64,000 bases of DNA from Dehalococcoidia bacterium (lineage in GTDB: Bacteria > Chloroflexota > Dehalococcoidia > Lucifugimonadales > UBA3495): NCBI GenBank assembly GCA_965220105.1, contig OZ244811.1, positions 1,895,086 to 1,959,085 on the forward strand. Direction: 5' to 3'. Positions 52,870 to 62,577 of the stretch are shown one piece after another. Position 1 is the first letter of the stretch. Each line of letters begins with the position of its first letter. The notes beneath the pieces are model-generated. The model did not search any database and was not told where the DNA came from. It saw nothing but the letters and a program-made list of their open reading frames with translations. Made by a program: the position numbers and the translations under genes.

Positions 52870-53559
52870 CTATGTACCGTCATCGCCGTTGAATTGAGTG
52901 ATTCGCTTGGGGTTTTTGGGCGACAGTGAGTAACGTGATTCCAGGCTGTCTAGCTCTTCCAACACCTTGACTAAGCGCCGACGGGTCTCTGGTTGGCATT
53001 GAATCAGGGCGTGAATCAGTTCTTGGACCTTACCGTCCGCGCCAGACTGTGTTCTGCGGATTTGTTGCTGACGCGGAATATTGCTTATGCCCACTTGATC
53101 GAAGACTATCGTATTCCAAGCGTAGGCCCATTTCGGTTTCAGTTCATCATTCGGGGAAGGGACCAAGGCTTTGAGTTCGTCCTCGTTGCGGACCGGGACT
53201 TGTACTACTTCCACGTCACGATTTTGCAACTGTTCCAGCTTTGCCATTTTCTTCGACGTGGGCGGAGACGTTACTACGACCTCGATGACCCGCACTGGCC
53301 GCAAGTCTTTATCCAGCAACGCCAAATCGGGTATGCAACCACCGATGGGTTGCATCGAATCGGGAATCACCACACGGTCAACGCCCTCTTTCAGGTTGCC
53401 TGATATACTGCCGTCGATCTTTTTAACGGCTACTGCATCATTGTTGTGCAAGGCATCCCATAGCAAGCCCACAGCGTATTCGTGGAGGAATGACACAGGA
53501 AATGCCGGACTACCGACGTTCCTATCCCATTCGGCTCCGGGCAGCATCGGATCCGACAT
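52870..53559 (-). CDS. Putative PD-(D/E)xK-fold (CoiA/restriction-endonuclease-like) protein
   Basis: 229 aa from the ATG at 53559 (GAGGTAAAGG RBS). Reads FLHEYAV...IPDLALLD...VRVIEVVVTSPPT...K. Lower GC. The fold assignment is an inference from motif spacing. Confidence 0.55.
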   Translation of the reverse strand: MSDPMLPGAEWDRNVGSPAFPVSFLHEYAVGLLWDALHNNDAVAVKKIDGSISGNLKEGVDRVVIPDSMQPIGGCIPDLALLDKDLRPVRVIEVVVTSPPTSKKMAKLEQLQNRDVEVVQVPVRNEDELKALVPSPNDELKPKWAYAWNTIVFDQVGISNIPRQQQIRRTQSGADGKVQELIHALIQCQPETRRRLVKVLEELDSLESRYSLSPKNPKRITQFNGDDGT

Positions 53560-53615
53560 GACCTTTACCTCGTGTAGTAAGTGTAACGAACCGTCCCTGG
53601 GCGAGGGCAAGCCTA

Positions 53616-53645
53616 TAAAAAGCCCCTCTCCCGCCGGGAGAGGGG
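53616..53645 (-). terminator. Intrinsic terminator of the 53669-54133 gene
   Basis: Perfect 10-bp stem CCCCTCTCCC/GGGAGAGGGG followed on the minus strand by CTTTTT. A duplicate lies at 52686-52715. Confidence 0.6.
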
Positions 53646-53740
53646 TTTGGGGTGAGGGGCGAGGGCCCCTAAGCAGCGATCAGATCTTTCGCTATGGCGT
53701 CGGTCATGATGCCGTTGTGGGCGTCCAGGTGGGCAACCAC
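53617..53740. repeat. 124-bp direct repeat, copy B (authentic 3-prime end and terminator of the 53669-54133 gene)
   Basis: See copy A. Confidence 0.95.
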
Positions 53741-54133
53741 GTCGGCGGTGGCGGCGGCCAGCAGCTCAGCGTCCAGGCCGGCGGCAGCGTCGGTGTAGCC
53801 AGCCTCGGCCAGCAGGGCGGCGGATTGCTCGCGAACCTGCTCCAGCGACCAGGCGACCTGCGCCTCGCTCTCGGTGACGTCCTCGGGGAAGTCCACGTGG
53901 GAGCCGCCGGCGCCCAGCTTATCGTAGCCGCCCTTGTGCCAGTGGCCGCGCGCGCCGTGGGGGTCAAAGCGAATGATTTCCACGCCCTGAACGTCCACGC
54001 CGAAAGTGGGGCCGCCGAACTTGGCCCGCAGGCAGCGCAGGGGCCAGCAGTACAGGGTAACGTCGCCAGTCTTGCTCAGCGGGCGGATCATCACCTTGCC
54101 CAAGTAGGACTCGCCATCAATCATAGTTGCCAT
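53669..54133 (-). CDS. Hypothetical protein (154 aa)
   Basis: GGAGGA RBS 8 nt upstream of the ATG. No motif recognised. Divergent from argD. Confidence 0.6.
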   Translation of the reverse strand: MATMIDGESYLGKVMIRPLSKTGDVTLYCWPLRCLRAKFGGPTFGVDVQGVEIIRFDPHGARGHWHKGGYDKLGAGGSHVDFPEDVTESEAQVAWSLEQVREQSAALLAEAGYTDAAAGLDAELLAAATADVVAHLDAHNGIMTDAIAKDLIAA

Positions 54134-54317
54134 GTTTAAAATTCCTCCAGATGGTCATCGTTGGGATGAGATTTGCTGGAGCGCATGCTATCACAAACGC
54201 CAACAACACTGCTCCCCTTGAAACGGACCCGATTGGGGTGAGGGCAGAGGCTTCCCGCTTGACGTATAATAGCCGGCGCGCCCAGGCGCACAACACACTG
54301 AAGGGAGCAGATGTCCA

Positions 54318-55508
54318 ATGCCCAGCAACGCTGAATACATCGCCATCGAGCAGAAATACTACGCCCAAACCGTCCGGCGACGCCCGGTCGTCATCGTGCG
54401 TGGCGAAGGCTCCCGAGTGTGGGACGCCGACGGCAAGGAATACATTGACTTCGTGGCCGGCTGGGCCGTGGACAACCTGGGTCACTGCCCGCCCGTGGTG
54501 GTGGAAGCCATCACCCGGCAGGCCGCCACCCTCATGCAGACCTCCAACCAGTTCTACACCCTTCCCCAGCTCGACATCGCCGAGATGCTGATCGAAAATT
54601 CCTGCATGGACCGGGTGTTCTTCTGCAACAGCGGCGCCGAGGCCGTGGAGGGCGCGCTCAAGATCGCCCGCCGCTACGGCAAGCTCCACAAGAACGGAGC
54701 CTATGGAGTCATCACGGCGCTGAACTCCTTCCACGGGCGCACCATGAACGCGGTGGCCGCCACCGGCCAGCCCCACTACCACGAGCTGTTCGAGCCCATC
54801 CCGGAGGGTTTCACCTACGTGGACTTCAACGACGTTGAGGCCGTGATGAACGCCACCACCGAAAACACGGTGGCCGTCATGATCGAGCCGGTGCAGGGAG
54901 AGGGCGGCGTCAACATCCCCGACGACGACTACTTCCAACGGCTGCGCGCCTGGTGCGACCAGAACAACATCCTGCTGATTCTGGATGAGGTTCAGACCGG
55001 CATGGGCCGTCTGGGCAGCCTGTTCGGGTACCAGGAGTACAACGTGGAGCCCGACGTGATGATCCTGGCCAAGGGGCTGGGCTTCGGCGTGCCCATCGGC
55101 GCGTTTCTAGCCAAGGAGGACGCGATGGCGCTGACCTACGGCGACCACGGCAGCACCTTTGGCGGCAACCCCCTGACCACCGCCGCGGCAGCAGCCGGCA
55201 CCCGCTACCTGCTGGACAACGACATCCTGGCACACGTCAAGGAAATGGAAGTGGCGCTGAAGGACCGCCTCAACGGCCTGAAGTCCAAGTACGGTTTCGT
55301 CAACGAGATCCGTTGCAAGGGCCTGCTAGCCGCGGTTGCCTTCGACAGCGACATCATGCCCCAGGTCATGGACGCCGCCGAAGCCGCCGGCGTGCTGCTC
55401 AACGGCGTGCGCCCCAACGCAGTACGCATCATGCCGGCCCTCAACATCACCGAGGCCGAAATCGACGAAGGCGTGGGCCGCCTGGACACGGCGTTGGGGA
55501 GCGTGTAG
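54318..55508 (+). CDS. argD: Acetylornithine aminotransferase
   Basis: Class III aminotransferase motifs: FCNSGAEA, LILDEVQTGMGR, LAKGLG, TFGGNPL. Confidence 0.9.
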   Translation: MPSNAEYIAIEQKYYAQTVRRRPVVIVRGEGSRVWDADGKEYIDFVAGWAVDNLGHCPPVVVEAITRQAATLMQTSNQFYTLPQLDIAEMLIENSCMDRVFFCNSGAEAVEGALKIARRYGKLHKNGAYGVITALNSFHGRTMNAVAATGQPHYHELFEPIPEGFTYVDFNDVEAVMNATTENTVAVMIEPVQGEGGVNIPDDDYFQRLRAWCDQNNILLILDEVQTGMGRLGSLFGYQEYNVEPDVMILAKGLGFGVPIGAFLAKEDAMALTYGDHGSTFGGNPLTTAAAAAGTRYLLDNDILAHVKEMEVALKDRLNGLKSKYGFVNEIRCKGLLAAVAFDSDIMPQVMDAAEAAGVLLNGVRPNAVRIMPALNITEAEIDEGVGRLDTALGSV

Positions 55509-55550
55509 GGGGTTCGGCCTCACCCCTGGAAACTACCGGTAGGCAGAAGG

Positions 55551-55588
55551 GACTCCCCTCACCCCCGGCCCCTCTCCCGGAGGGAGAG
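55551..55588. repeat. REP-like hairpin element (inverted orientation), abutted by an IS end
   Basis: GACTCCCCTCACCCCCGGCCCCTCTCCCGGAGGGAGAG, immediately followed by the IS inverted repeat. Confidence 0.6.
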
Positions 55589-56969
55589 CTAACAAGGGTA
55601 TGTATTGGCTGAAATTGGTTGGGTGAGGAGCTTGGAAGGCGCAGGGGGTATCCGGCATCTTGGTTGTGACGAAACCGGATGCCGGAGGTCTCCCCTGCGC
55701 CTTCCCAAGGAAGCCTACCAAATGCAGCAGATGATTGGCACGCATTTGCCGCACCTCGCTCCGCCACAGTTGACCGGCCTGGTTCTGTGGGTGTGCGGCG
55801 CTATCCTGGCCGGGAGCGCCTGCCAGAACGCCGTCGCGTCCGCCCTCTCGCCCTGGGGCAGCTGGAACAGCCGGCGCCAGTATCTCCGGGAGTGAGTATC
55901 TCCGGGAGTGGTTGTACGACGGCAGCGACCGGGCGCGTCCCTGCCAGACCGAGCTGGACGTAAGTCTCTGCTTCGCGCCGCTGCTCCGGTGGGTGCTGGC
56001 CTGGTGGCGCTCCGGTCGGCTGGCGCTGGCGATTGACCCCACGCTGAAGGGAGACCAAACCACCGCCATCGTCGTCAGCGTAGTCTGTCGTCAGCGTGGT
56101 CTACCGGAGTTGCGCCGTCCCCGTGGCCTGGCGCATCGTGCGCGCCAACCAGCCCGGGGCCTGGATGGACCCGATAGTGGAACTGCTGAAAGCCCTGGCC
56201 CCGGCGGTGCCCAAAGAAATGAACGTGATCGTCCTGTGCGACCGAGGCTTGGCCAGCCCGAAGTTGTGGCGACAGATCATGGCTCAGGGCTGGCATCCCC
56301 ACATGAGGTATCCCAAAAGCATCACCTTCTGCGCCGAGGGCGGCCGCCGGCTCCCCGCGCGCGCCTTCGTTTCCCGTCCGGATACCGCTCCCGTCCGGAT
56401 ACCGCGTGGATCGGCAGAGGCGCCGCCTTTGGCGCCGCCGCCGCAAACGCCGTTGCACCCTGCTGGCGGTCTGGTACGCCGAGCAGCAGGAACCATGGAT
56501 CATCCTCACCGACCTTCCGCCGGAAGCAGTCGGGGTGAGTTGGTACGCGCTGCGCTGCTGGATCGAACTGGGCTTCAAGGCGCTCAAGAGCCTGGGCTGG
56601 CAATGGGACAAGACCCGCCGGACCGACCCGGCGCGCGTCTCGCGGCATTGGCTCGTGTTGTCGGTGGCAACGCTGCTGGCCCTGGCCTATGGCGCCCGGG
56701 TGGAGGACGCCAACGCCCGGAGGATTGCGCCTGGCAATCTGCGCACACCGCTCAATGCCCTGGCTCCTACGCACCTTAACCCTCGGCGTCGGCCGGGCCG
56801 GACCGTCAGCGTCATCCGCCACGGCATTGACTGGCTGTGGCGGTTGCTGCTCCGGGGCCGGCTCTGGCGCCGCGTCTGGCTGCAGCCCGAACCCTGGCCG
56901 GAACCCAAGCCCAACCTGGAGATTACCCGCCATGCCCCTTCGTGATAATCCCATACATACCCTTGTCAG
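55589..56969 (+). mobile_element. IS4-family-like element with its transposase broken by three 16/17-bp tandem duplications
   Basis: IRs CTAACAAGGGTATGTAT (55589) and ATACATACCCTTGTCAG (56969). Transposase pieces lie in ORFs 55605-55895, 55912-56538, 56096-56779 and 56406-56945 (DRGLASPKLW, WYALRCWIELGFKALKS). Confidence 0.8.
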
Positions 56970-57025
56970 CCCCGGTAGGGGTAGGGGTAGGCGAGGCCAA
57001 TTTTGAGTATAAAATCAGGGTAATT

Positions 57026-57483
57026 TGCACGGGGTAGCGTCATCATTTGCACTGGGTAGCGTCATCATTCTCGAGCCAACATACTCTGATGTTCTGAACC
57101 GGATCCCTTCCCTGTGGGCATTGAAAACCTTGCTATACCGGTCTGCAACGTCTCCGAGGTGGCCTTATTGACCATCTTTTAAGAGTGTCGCGGTGGTATC
57201 TGCTATGCCCGATGTTCAAAATAGCCGGGTCAGGCCACATTTTGCACGAGGTAGCGTCATTGTCCAAATCCGTGACTATCTAGTATGTGCACGGGGTAAC
57301 GTCATGTACTCGGCCGCTATCCTATCGTCATTTGCACGGGGTAGCGTCATAATTTGAGCACGGATAGATCAATATACAGAATGAAGTAGATCGCCAACTA
57401 CACCGATTGCGTTTCATTATCTGCACGGGGTAGTGTCATTATCTGGAATTCGCTGTCCGTTCATCCGCACGGGCTGGCGTCAA
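57026..57483 (+). repeat. Iteron-like direct repeats (core TGCACGGGGTAGCGTCAT), six good copies plus one degenerate
   Basis: Copies at 57026, 57048, 57243, 57288, 57333 and 57422, and a degenerate one at 57466. All are in the same orientation and mostly preceded by CATTT. Confidence 0.85.
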
Positions 57484-58993
57484 TGCTAGGTGGCAGAATC
57501 CTCATGGTGCTTCCACTGCCTTCCACCACACGCAACTCTCCGGAATGTTCCAGTTGGCGGATGACCTTTCGCGCGTCCGACAGGACGTTGCGACGAGCGC
57601 TACGCGCCGAGGTCGGGAAGCACCAGGCAATGATCTCGTCTTCCGCCAACGTCGGATATCGCTCCGGATCATTGACCTGAGTCCAATAGCGTCGCCGTCC
57701 TCTCCCGACCGGAAAATGGGTTCTCCCCGGCTCGAACCAGCGGTAGGCCAGGTTCAGCAACGCCCGATACCCTGCCGCGGACTTGATCCCCCACTGACGC
57801 AGGTCGCCGCTGACCTGGGGGCCGTTTCCAGAGCCGGGCGGCAGGTCAACGATGATGCTGATCAGGTCGTCGAGTTTAGCCGGACCTCGTGGGATGTCGG
57901 AGATGTTGACTATCCGACGTGAGCCGCCCCGACCGGTTTCCGGATCATACCAGGGGATTCGGGCGGCTGGGGATTCCAGCGCCTCGAACGCCGCCATCAG
58001 ACGTGGCCAGTACTCGTTGGGCCGGGGCTTGCGCCGGCTAGGATACAGCCAGTCCAGCATCTGGCGGAGTGTGACCCGCATTGCTACTGGTGTGTGGGCA
58101 TCTCGGGAGTCCATCGGCACCGCCAGCACCGATTCCACAAACAGCCTCAGCGGCAAGGGGGCCGCTGGTCCCCGGCTGGTCGCTGGCGCATCGCCCAAGT
58201 CGTACAGGGCCAGCGGCAGACAAGGCCCGATAGCCGTGGATTCTTTGAATCCGGGGAGGATGAACTGCTGCCGCGCCGCCTCGGACTGCTGAAAACCGGA
58301 GAAGGCCAGCTGGCTTGTTTCGGAGCCTGTTTCCGGCGCGATGTGGGCCACGTGAGCGGCTATCGTGAACAGTTTGCCGGCCTGTCGATCTCCCGGAGCA
58401 ACCTGTGCCAGTTTGGCCGGTATGATACGGCCCGTAGCGCGGGCGTTGGGTGTCACCAGCTGCGGCCGGTTAAGCCAGGCCACGTACAGTATTTCCAAGG
58501 GAAACCCGTCTCTGGGTCTGTCATCAACCGGCAGGCCGTTCCAAAAGGCCAGCAGGTCGGCAATGCGTATCGCGATGGAGAAAGTCTCGTCCGTGGCGCT
58601 CACCGTGCCTGATGAAGAGACCAGTCGGCCAGTGTAGTCCACCACCACGTCGCCGACCGAATTCAGTTTTATCCTCGTTTGCGTCCGCGGCTCCCTCGAC
58701 GGGCGCAGCGTGTCAGCATGGCGTCCATCATCGGTGTCTGGGGCTCCCTCGGTAGCCAAACGCTCGCCAAAGGGCTGGTGGACGGTGCAGATCACGTCCA
58801 CCAAGCCTGATGCCTCCCAGTCTTCGGATTTCGTGATCAACTCCAGGATGCTCCAAGCGGCGGTTCGGATGACGTCGGGAGGACACTCTCCCGACACCAG
58901 CCATTGGGCCAGGGCCCCCACCGTTGTGGTTTCGCCGTCGTTCCGTGTGGCCAGACGGCTCAAGATGGCGTCGCCGGAATCAGATGTCGTCAT
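57461..58993 (-). CDS. Putative replication initiator-like protein (510 aa)
   Basis: The ATG at 58993 overlaps the stop of the upstream ATPase gene (ATGACGACATCTGA). There is no recognisable catalytic motif. The call is by context (iterons, RepA-like neighbour). Confidence 0.45.
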   Translation of the reverse strand: MTTSDSGDAILSRLATRNDGETTTVGALAQWLVSGECPPDVIRTAAWSILELITKSEDWEASGLVDVICTVHQPFGERLATEGAPDTDDGRHADTLRPSREPRTQTRIKLNSVGDVVVDYTGRLVSSSGTVSATDETFSIAIRIADLLAFWNGLPVDDRPRDGFPLEILYVAWLNRPQLVTPNARATGRIIPAKLAQVAPGDRQAGKLFTIAAHVAHIAPETGSETSQLAFSGFQQSEAARQQFILPGFKESTAIGPCLPLALYDLGDAPATSRGPAAPLPLRLFVESVLAVPMDSRDAHTPVAMRVTLRQMLDWLYPSRRKPRPNEYWPRLMAAFEALESPAARIPWYDPETGRGGSRRIVNISDIPRGPAKLDDLISIIVDLPPGSGNGPQVSGDLRQWGIKSAAGYRALLNLAYRWFEPGRTHFPVGRGRRRYWTQVNDPERYPTLAEDEIIAWCFPTSARSARRNVLSDARKVIRQLEHSGELRVVEGSGSTMRILPPSIDASPCG

Positions 58994-59682
58994 AGTTCGC
59001 TCTGTGATTGCCGTTGGTCGCCACTGGGGCGGCATCAGGGGCTTCTCCAGCCGCGGCCTCCCAAGTGCTGGATACTGCCCAACGGGGACCTGAGGGGTCC
59101 CAATCCAGGCATAGCTCGGGGGGTTCGGGGCCATAGTTGGATTTGACCATCGCCAGCTGCCAATGGGTAGGCTCCTGACGGCTGTTTCTGGATGCAGATT
59201 GTAACGGTTCCTTGCTGATTTCCCAACGAGCTCGGGCCGCAGAATGCCAATCCGTGGATCCCAAGTATCCCGCGGCGGATTTGGGCGGATGGCCAATGAT
59301 TAGAACGGTGCAATCGGCGGCAGTAGCCCAGGCGTCCCACGACGCCATGAAATCCCTCACCTGCCCTCGGTCGTTCTCGCTCGCCCCATAGACGGCGGCC
59401 AGTGAATCCAGTACCAGCAGGCCTGCGCTCACGTCTTCCACCACCTGCCGCAATGCCCGCCCCAGCGGTGTCAGCGAAGGAACGTCGTAGCGCGTTGCCG
59501 CGGTCCACAGCGGGCCGTAACCGGCTAGGTCGAGCATCTTGAGGTTGTCGAGGGAGGACGGTTGGCGCCACGGAGCCGGTCCGCCGCTGATCTGCGACAA
59601 TCGCCGGGCCATTTCATCGGCGCGGTCCTCCCAAGTGGCATATACCACGGCCGTTCCTCCATCAGGAACCGCTTTGCCCAGC
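58980..59682 (-). pseudogene. RecA-fold AAA_25/RepA-like ATPase, N-terminally truncated by IS insertion
   Basis: Walker B and downstream region are present (LLVLDSLAAVYG...NDRGQVRDF, TVLIIGHPPKS, GSTDWHSAARARW). No Walker A. Upstream sequence from 59683 belongs to an IS. Confidence 0.65.
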
Positions 59683-61118
59683 CTATTATTACAGTCGCGC
59701 ATATGGTGAAGGTCTCTGAAGGCGTCTTCGGTAATGACACTGCATGGCCCGAGCCTGATGCCGCCGTCTCCACCACGACCATCCAATGGTCAGGGCAGGA
59801 CTGCCGCGAGGTAGCCACCGCAGCCGGCATAGTAGCCGTCTGACCTCGGGCACGGTCAGTGGGATGAGCTCTCCCGGGAGCATTGCCCCCCTTTGCCAGC
59901 GCCACCATCGGCGTAGGACCGGGTCACTTCAAGGAAGGCATGGACCAGTAACGCCAGGGTGATGTGACGGTACCACCCGACCCACCGCCGCACCGGGTAT
60001 TCGTCCAACCCCACCTCCTGTTTGGCCGCTTTGAAGGCATCTTCGATGATCCACCGGGCGCCAGCCACGCGCACCAGTTCCGCCAGCGGCGCCTCCCCTA
60101 CACCAAAACAGGCGTAGTAGGCCAGGTCCTCAGGATCGGTGATGCTGCGACGCACCAATCGCCAATGCCCCTGAGCCGGCTCTGACCAAGGCCGTAGCGA
60201 CACTCGGCTCCAATCGTAGCGGCGTGGCCCTTTGCAACCGTCCCCAGCGCTCAGACGTTGCCACTGGTCATCGGGTATCTGCTCGGCCAACCGCCGCGCC
60301 GCCACCGGCGCGGCGCCACGCTCCGTGTCGGTCCACAACGGCTCATTACTCTTCACCGCCAGCACGTATGACCGCCAGCACGTATGACCGCCAGCACGTA
60401 TGACCGCCAGCACGTATGACCGCCAGCACGTATGACCGCCAGCACGTATGACCGCCAGCACGTATGACCGCCAGCACGTAGGGTAGGCCCTGCTCCTCCA
60501 GCCATCGGCGCAGTCGGCGGTCATTGCCGTACACCGTATCCCCAGTTACCCAGGCAAAAGGCACACCAGCACCCGTGGCTCGTTCAATCACCCCCTGGGC
60601 CAATTGTGCTTTGGTATTGTGCTTTGCTACGGAAGGCTACCGCTTCCGCCACCCCGGCTTCCCGCCGTCGCTCCCAGTCCTCCGCCCATTCCTGGGGCAG
60701 GTAAAGCTCCCGATCCAGCAAGGCTGAGCCATAACGACTGCCATAGGCCAGGAACCCCCCGATCTGACAGTTCTCTATCTTCCCCGCCGTGCCGCTGTAC
60801 TGCCGCTTTACCCCTACCGACTTTTGGCCTTGCTTGAGGAACCCCGTCTCATCCACTACCAGCACCCCTCCCGGATCGCCCAGATGCTCCACCGACCCCA
60901 GCAATCCTTTCAGGTACGCCAGAACCCGCTGGCGAGACTCACTGCGGCTAAAACGAGGCGCGATACGCGCGTGCAGCGCCGGGAGCCCAGCTTCCCAGTC
61001 CAGCACTTCCCTCAGCACCGCCTCCCCTTCCACCAACGTCTGACTCAGATCCAACCCCTCCCCTCTCACCAGTAGTCATGAGTCTATCCTATCAAACTAA
61101 GCGCGACTGTAATATTAG
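59683..61118 (-). mobile_element. IS701-family-like element with its transposase broken by a 16-bp repeat expansion and frameshifts
   Basis: IR ATTACAGTCGCGC (59686) and GCGCGACTGTAAT (61101). Pieces: [61 protein letters not shown]. Confidence 0.75.
60355..60480. repeat. Tandem array, about 7.9 copies of the 16-bp unit ACCGCCAGCACGTATG
   Basis: Unit starts at 60355, 60371, 60387, 60403, 60419, 60435, 60451 and 60467 (last partial). It lies inside the IS701-like transposase reading frame. Confidence 0.95.
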
Positions 61119-62577
61119 CTAGGCTTTACGCAATTCAAGCGGCGTAGGCAAGGGAATCTACAAGTCGGTGGTACAGTGCGACCGGGAGTTCCTGAATGTC
61201 GGGGTCAGCGACCGACAGTGAGAAACCTTCCGACGCCAGCCACAGGTGGCGACGCGCCAGGGCGATGGCATCCACGAAGGTCGGCGACGGTTTGTCGTAC
61301 CAAGCGGCCTTGCGCTGGGTCATGGGGCGCCGTTTCTGCAACGCGTGGGCGGCCAGGGTGGTCCAGGAGAAGAGTCCCAGTAGGGCGGGCGTGGTGCGGG
61401 CGATGGCGAGATCGGACCACTGGCGTTGTGTCTCCACACCCAGATGGGTTCGTACCTCGTGGAAGGTGACCTCCAGTTGCCAGCGCAGTACAAACCATTC
61501 CAGGATCTGGGTCGGGTCCGCCGCCGGGTCGGTACAGAGCAGGGCCTGAGTGGCGAAGGAGCCCTGGGGGTCTCGGATCAGCACCCAGCGAATGAGGACG
61601 GGGGGCTTGCCGGAGCGGTACCAGACCGCCGTCTGGGAGGTGAGTTCCACGGCGCGGGTGATGCCGTCGTACCAGGCCACCTCGGCGCTGGCCCAAGTTA
61701 CATCCGTCTGCGCAAGGAAAACTTTCAGCGGCGGCCGCCGCGGGCCCTTCAATGGCGGGCGACCGTTCTGGCCAGGTTGACGGGGTGGCGCTGGCGCATA
61801 CAGGGCGGCGTCCAGACGCAATCTGGCGATCAGGGTAACGGGTTCACGGAGGGACTGGCAGCAGTGGAGCAAATCCAGCACGGCATAGCTGTTGTCGCCC
61901 ACCAGCGCCAGGGGTCGGTGGGGCAGCCAGCGGCGCAGTTGCATGACCATCTGGCGGGCCCAGTCGGTGAGCTTCTTGTGCTGGCGTCCCTGCTGTTGGT
62001 AGTAACGGGTCGAAGGCGCCAGCACCGTGAGCGCCGGCAAGGCCCAATGGCGTCCGGCCCATGGCACGTGGCCCAGCCACATCAGGGAGATCCAGCGCAA
62101 ACCGCTGGCCTTGACCACCTGAGACCGGCTGGAACGCACCGGGTCGCGGTAGATGGCCCGCGCCCTGATCTTGGCGCCGCGACGCCGTTCCAGGGTCTCG
62201 TCGATGCCGAAGATCAGTGGGCCGTCGCCACCATCCAGGTGCTGGAGCAACAGCGCCAGCAGGATGCGCGCTGCCTGGCGGGACGACCACACCGCCCGAT
62301 TGAGCACCTCGTGGTAGCGGGCGTAGTCGCGCTGGTCGCTGCGGCCCATGACGCGCAGTGCCGCCGCCACGGTGCGTTGGCCCGGGGTCAGGATCGCGCC
62401 GACCAGCAGCAGTTGGGCTTTCCGCCAGGTTGGGCTCGTAAACAGCGTTGCGAAGGGAACGAGAACGGCTACAATGGCATCGGGCAGGGTGAGCATGGCT
62501 GGGCCTTTCCGTTGAAAGTGGGGTCAGGCCAGCTTACCCTGTCTTTATACTTTTTCTAAATTATGCGTAAAGCCTAG
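61119..62577 (-). mobile_element. IS4/IS701-superfamily element with intact 453-aa transposase (61135-62496)
   Basis: IRs CTAGGCTTTACGCA and TGCGTAAAGCCTAG. The 5-bp direct repeat ATTAG flanks it (61114-61118 and 62578-62582). It is inserted at the edge of the neighbouring IS. Confidence 0.85.

Noticed and set aside
57026-57483. Possible CRISPR array or degenerate array (18-bp repeats)
   Set aside because: Spacing is irregular (22 to about 190 bp), the repeat is short and non-palindromic, and there are no cas genes. Iterons fit better.
60355-60480. Possible CRISPR array (regular 16-bp repeats)
   Set aside because: The units are contiguous with no spacers, lie inside a transposase reading frame, and no cas genes are present. 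This is a tandem repeat expansion.
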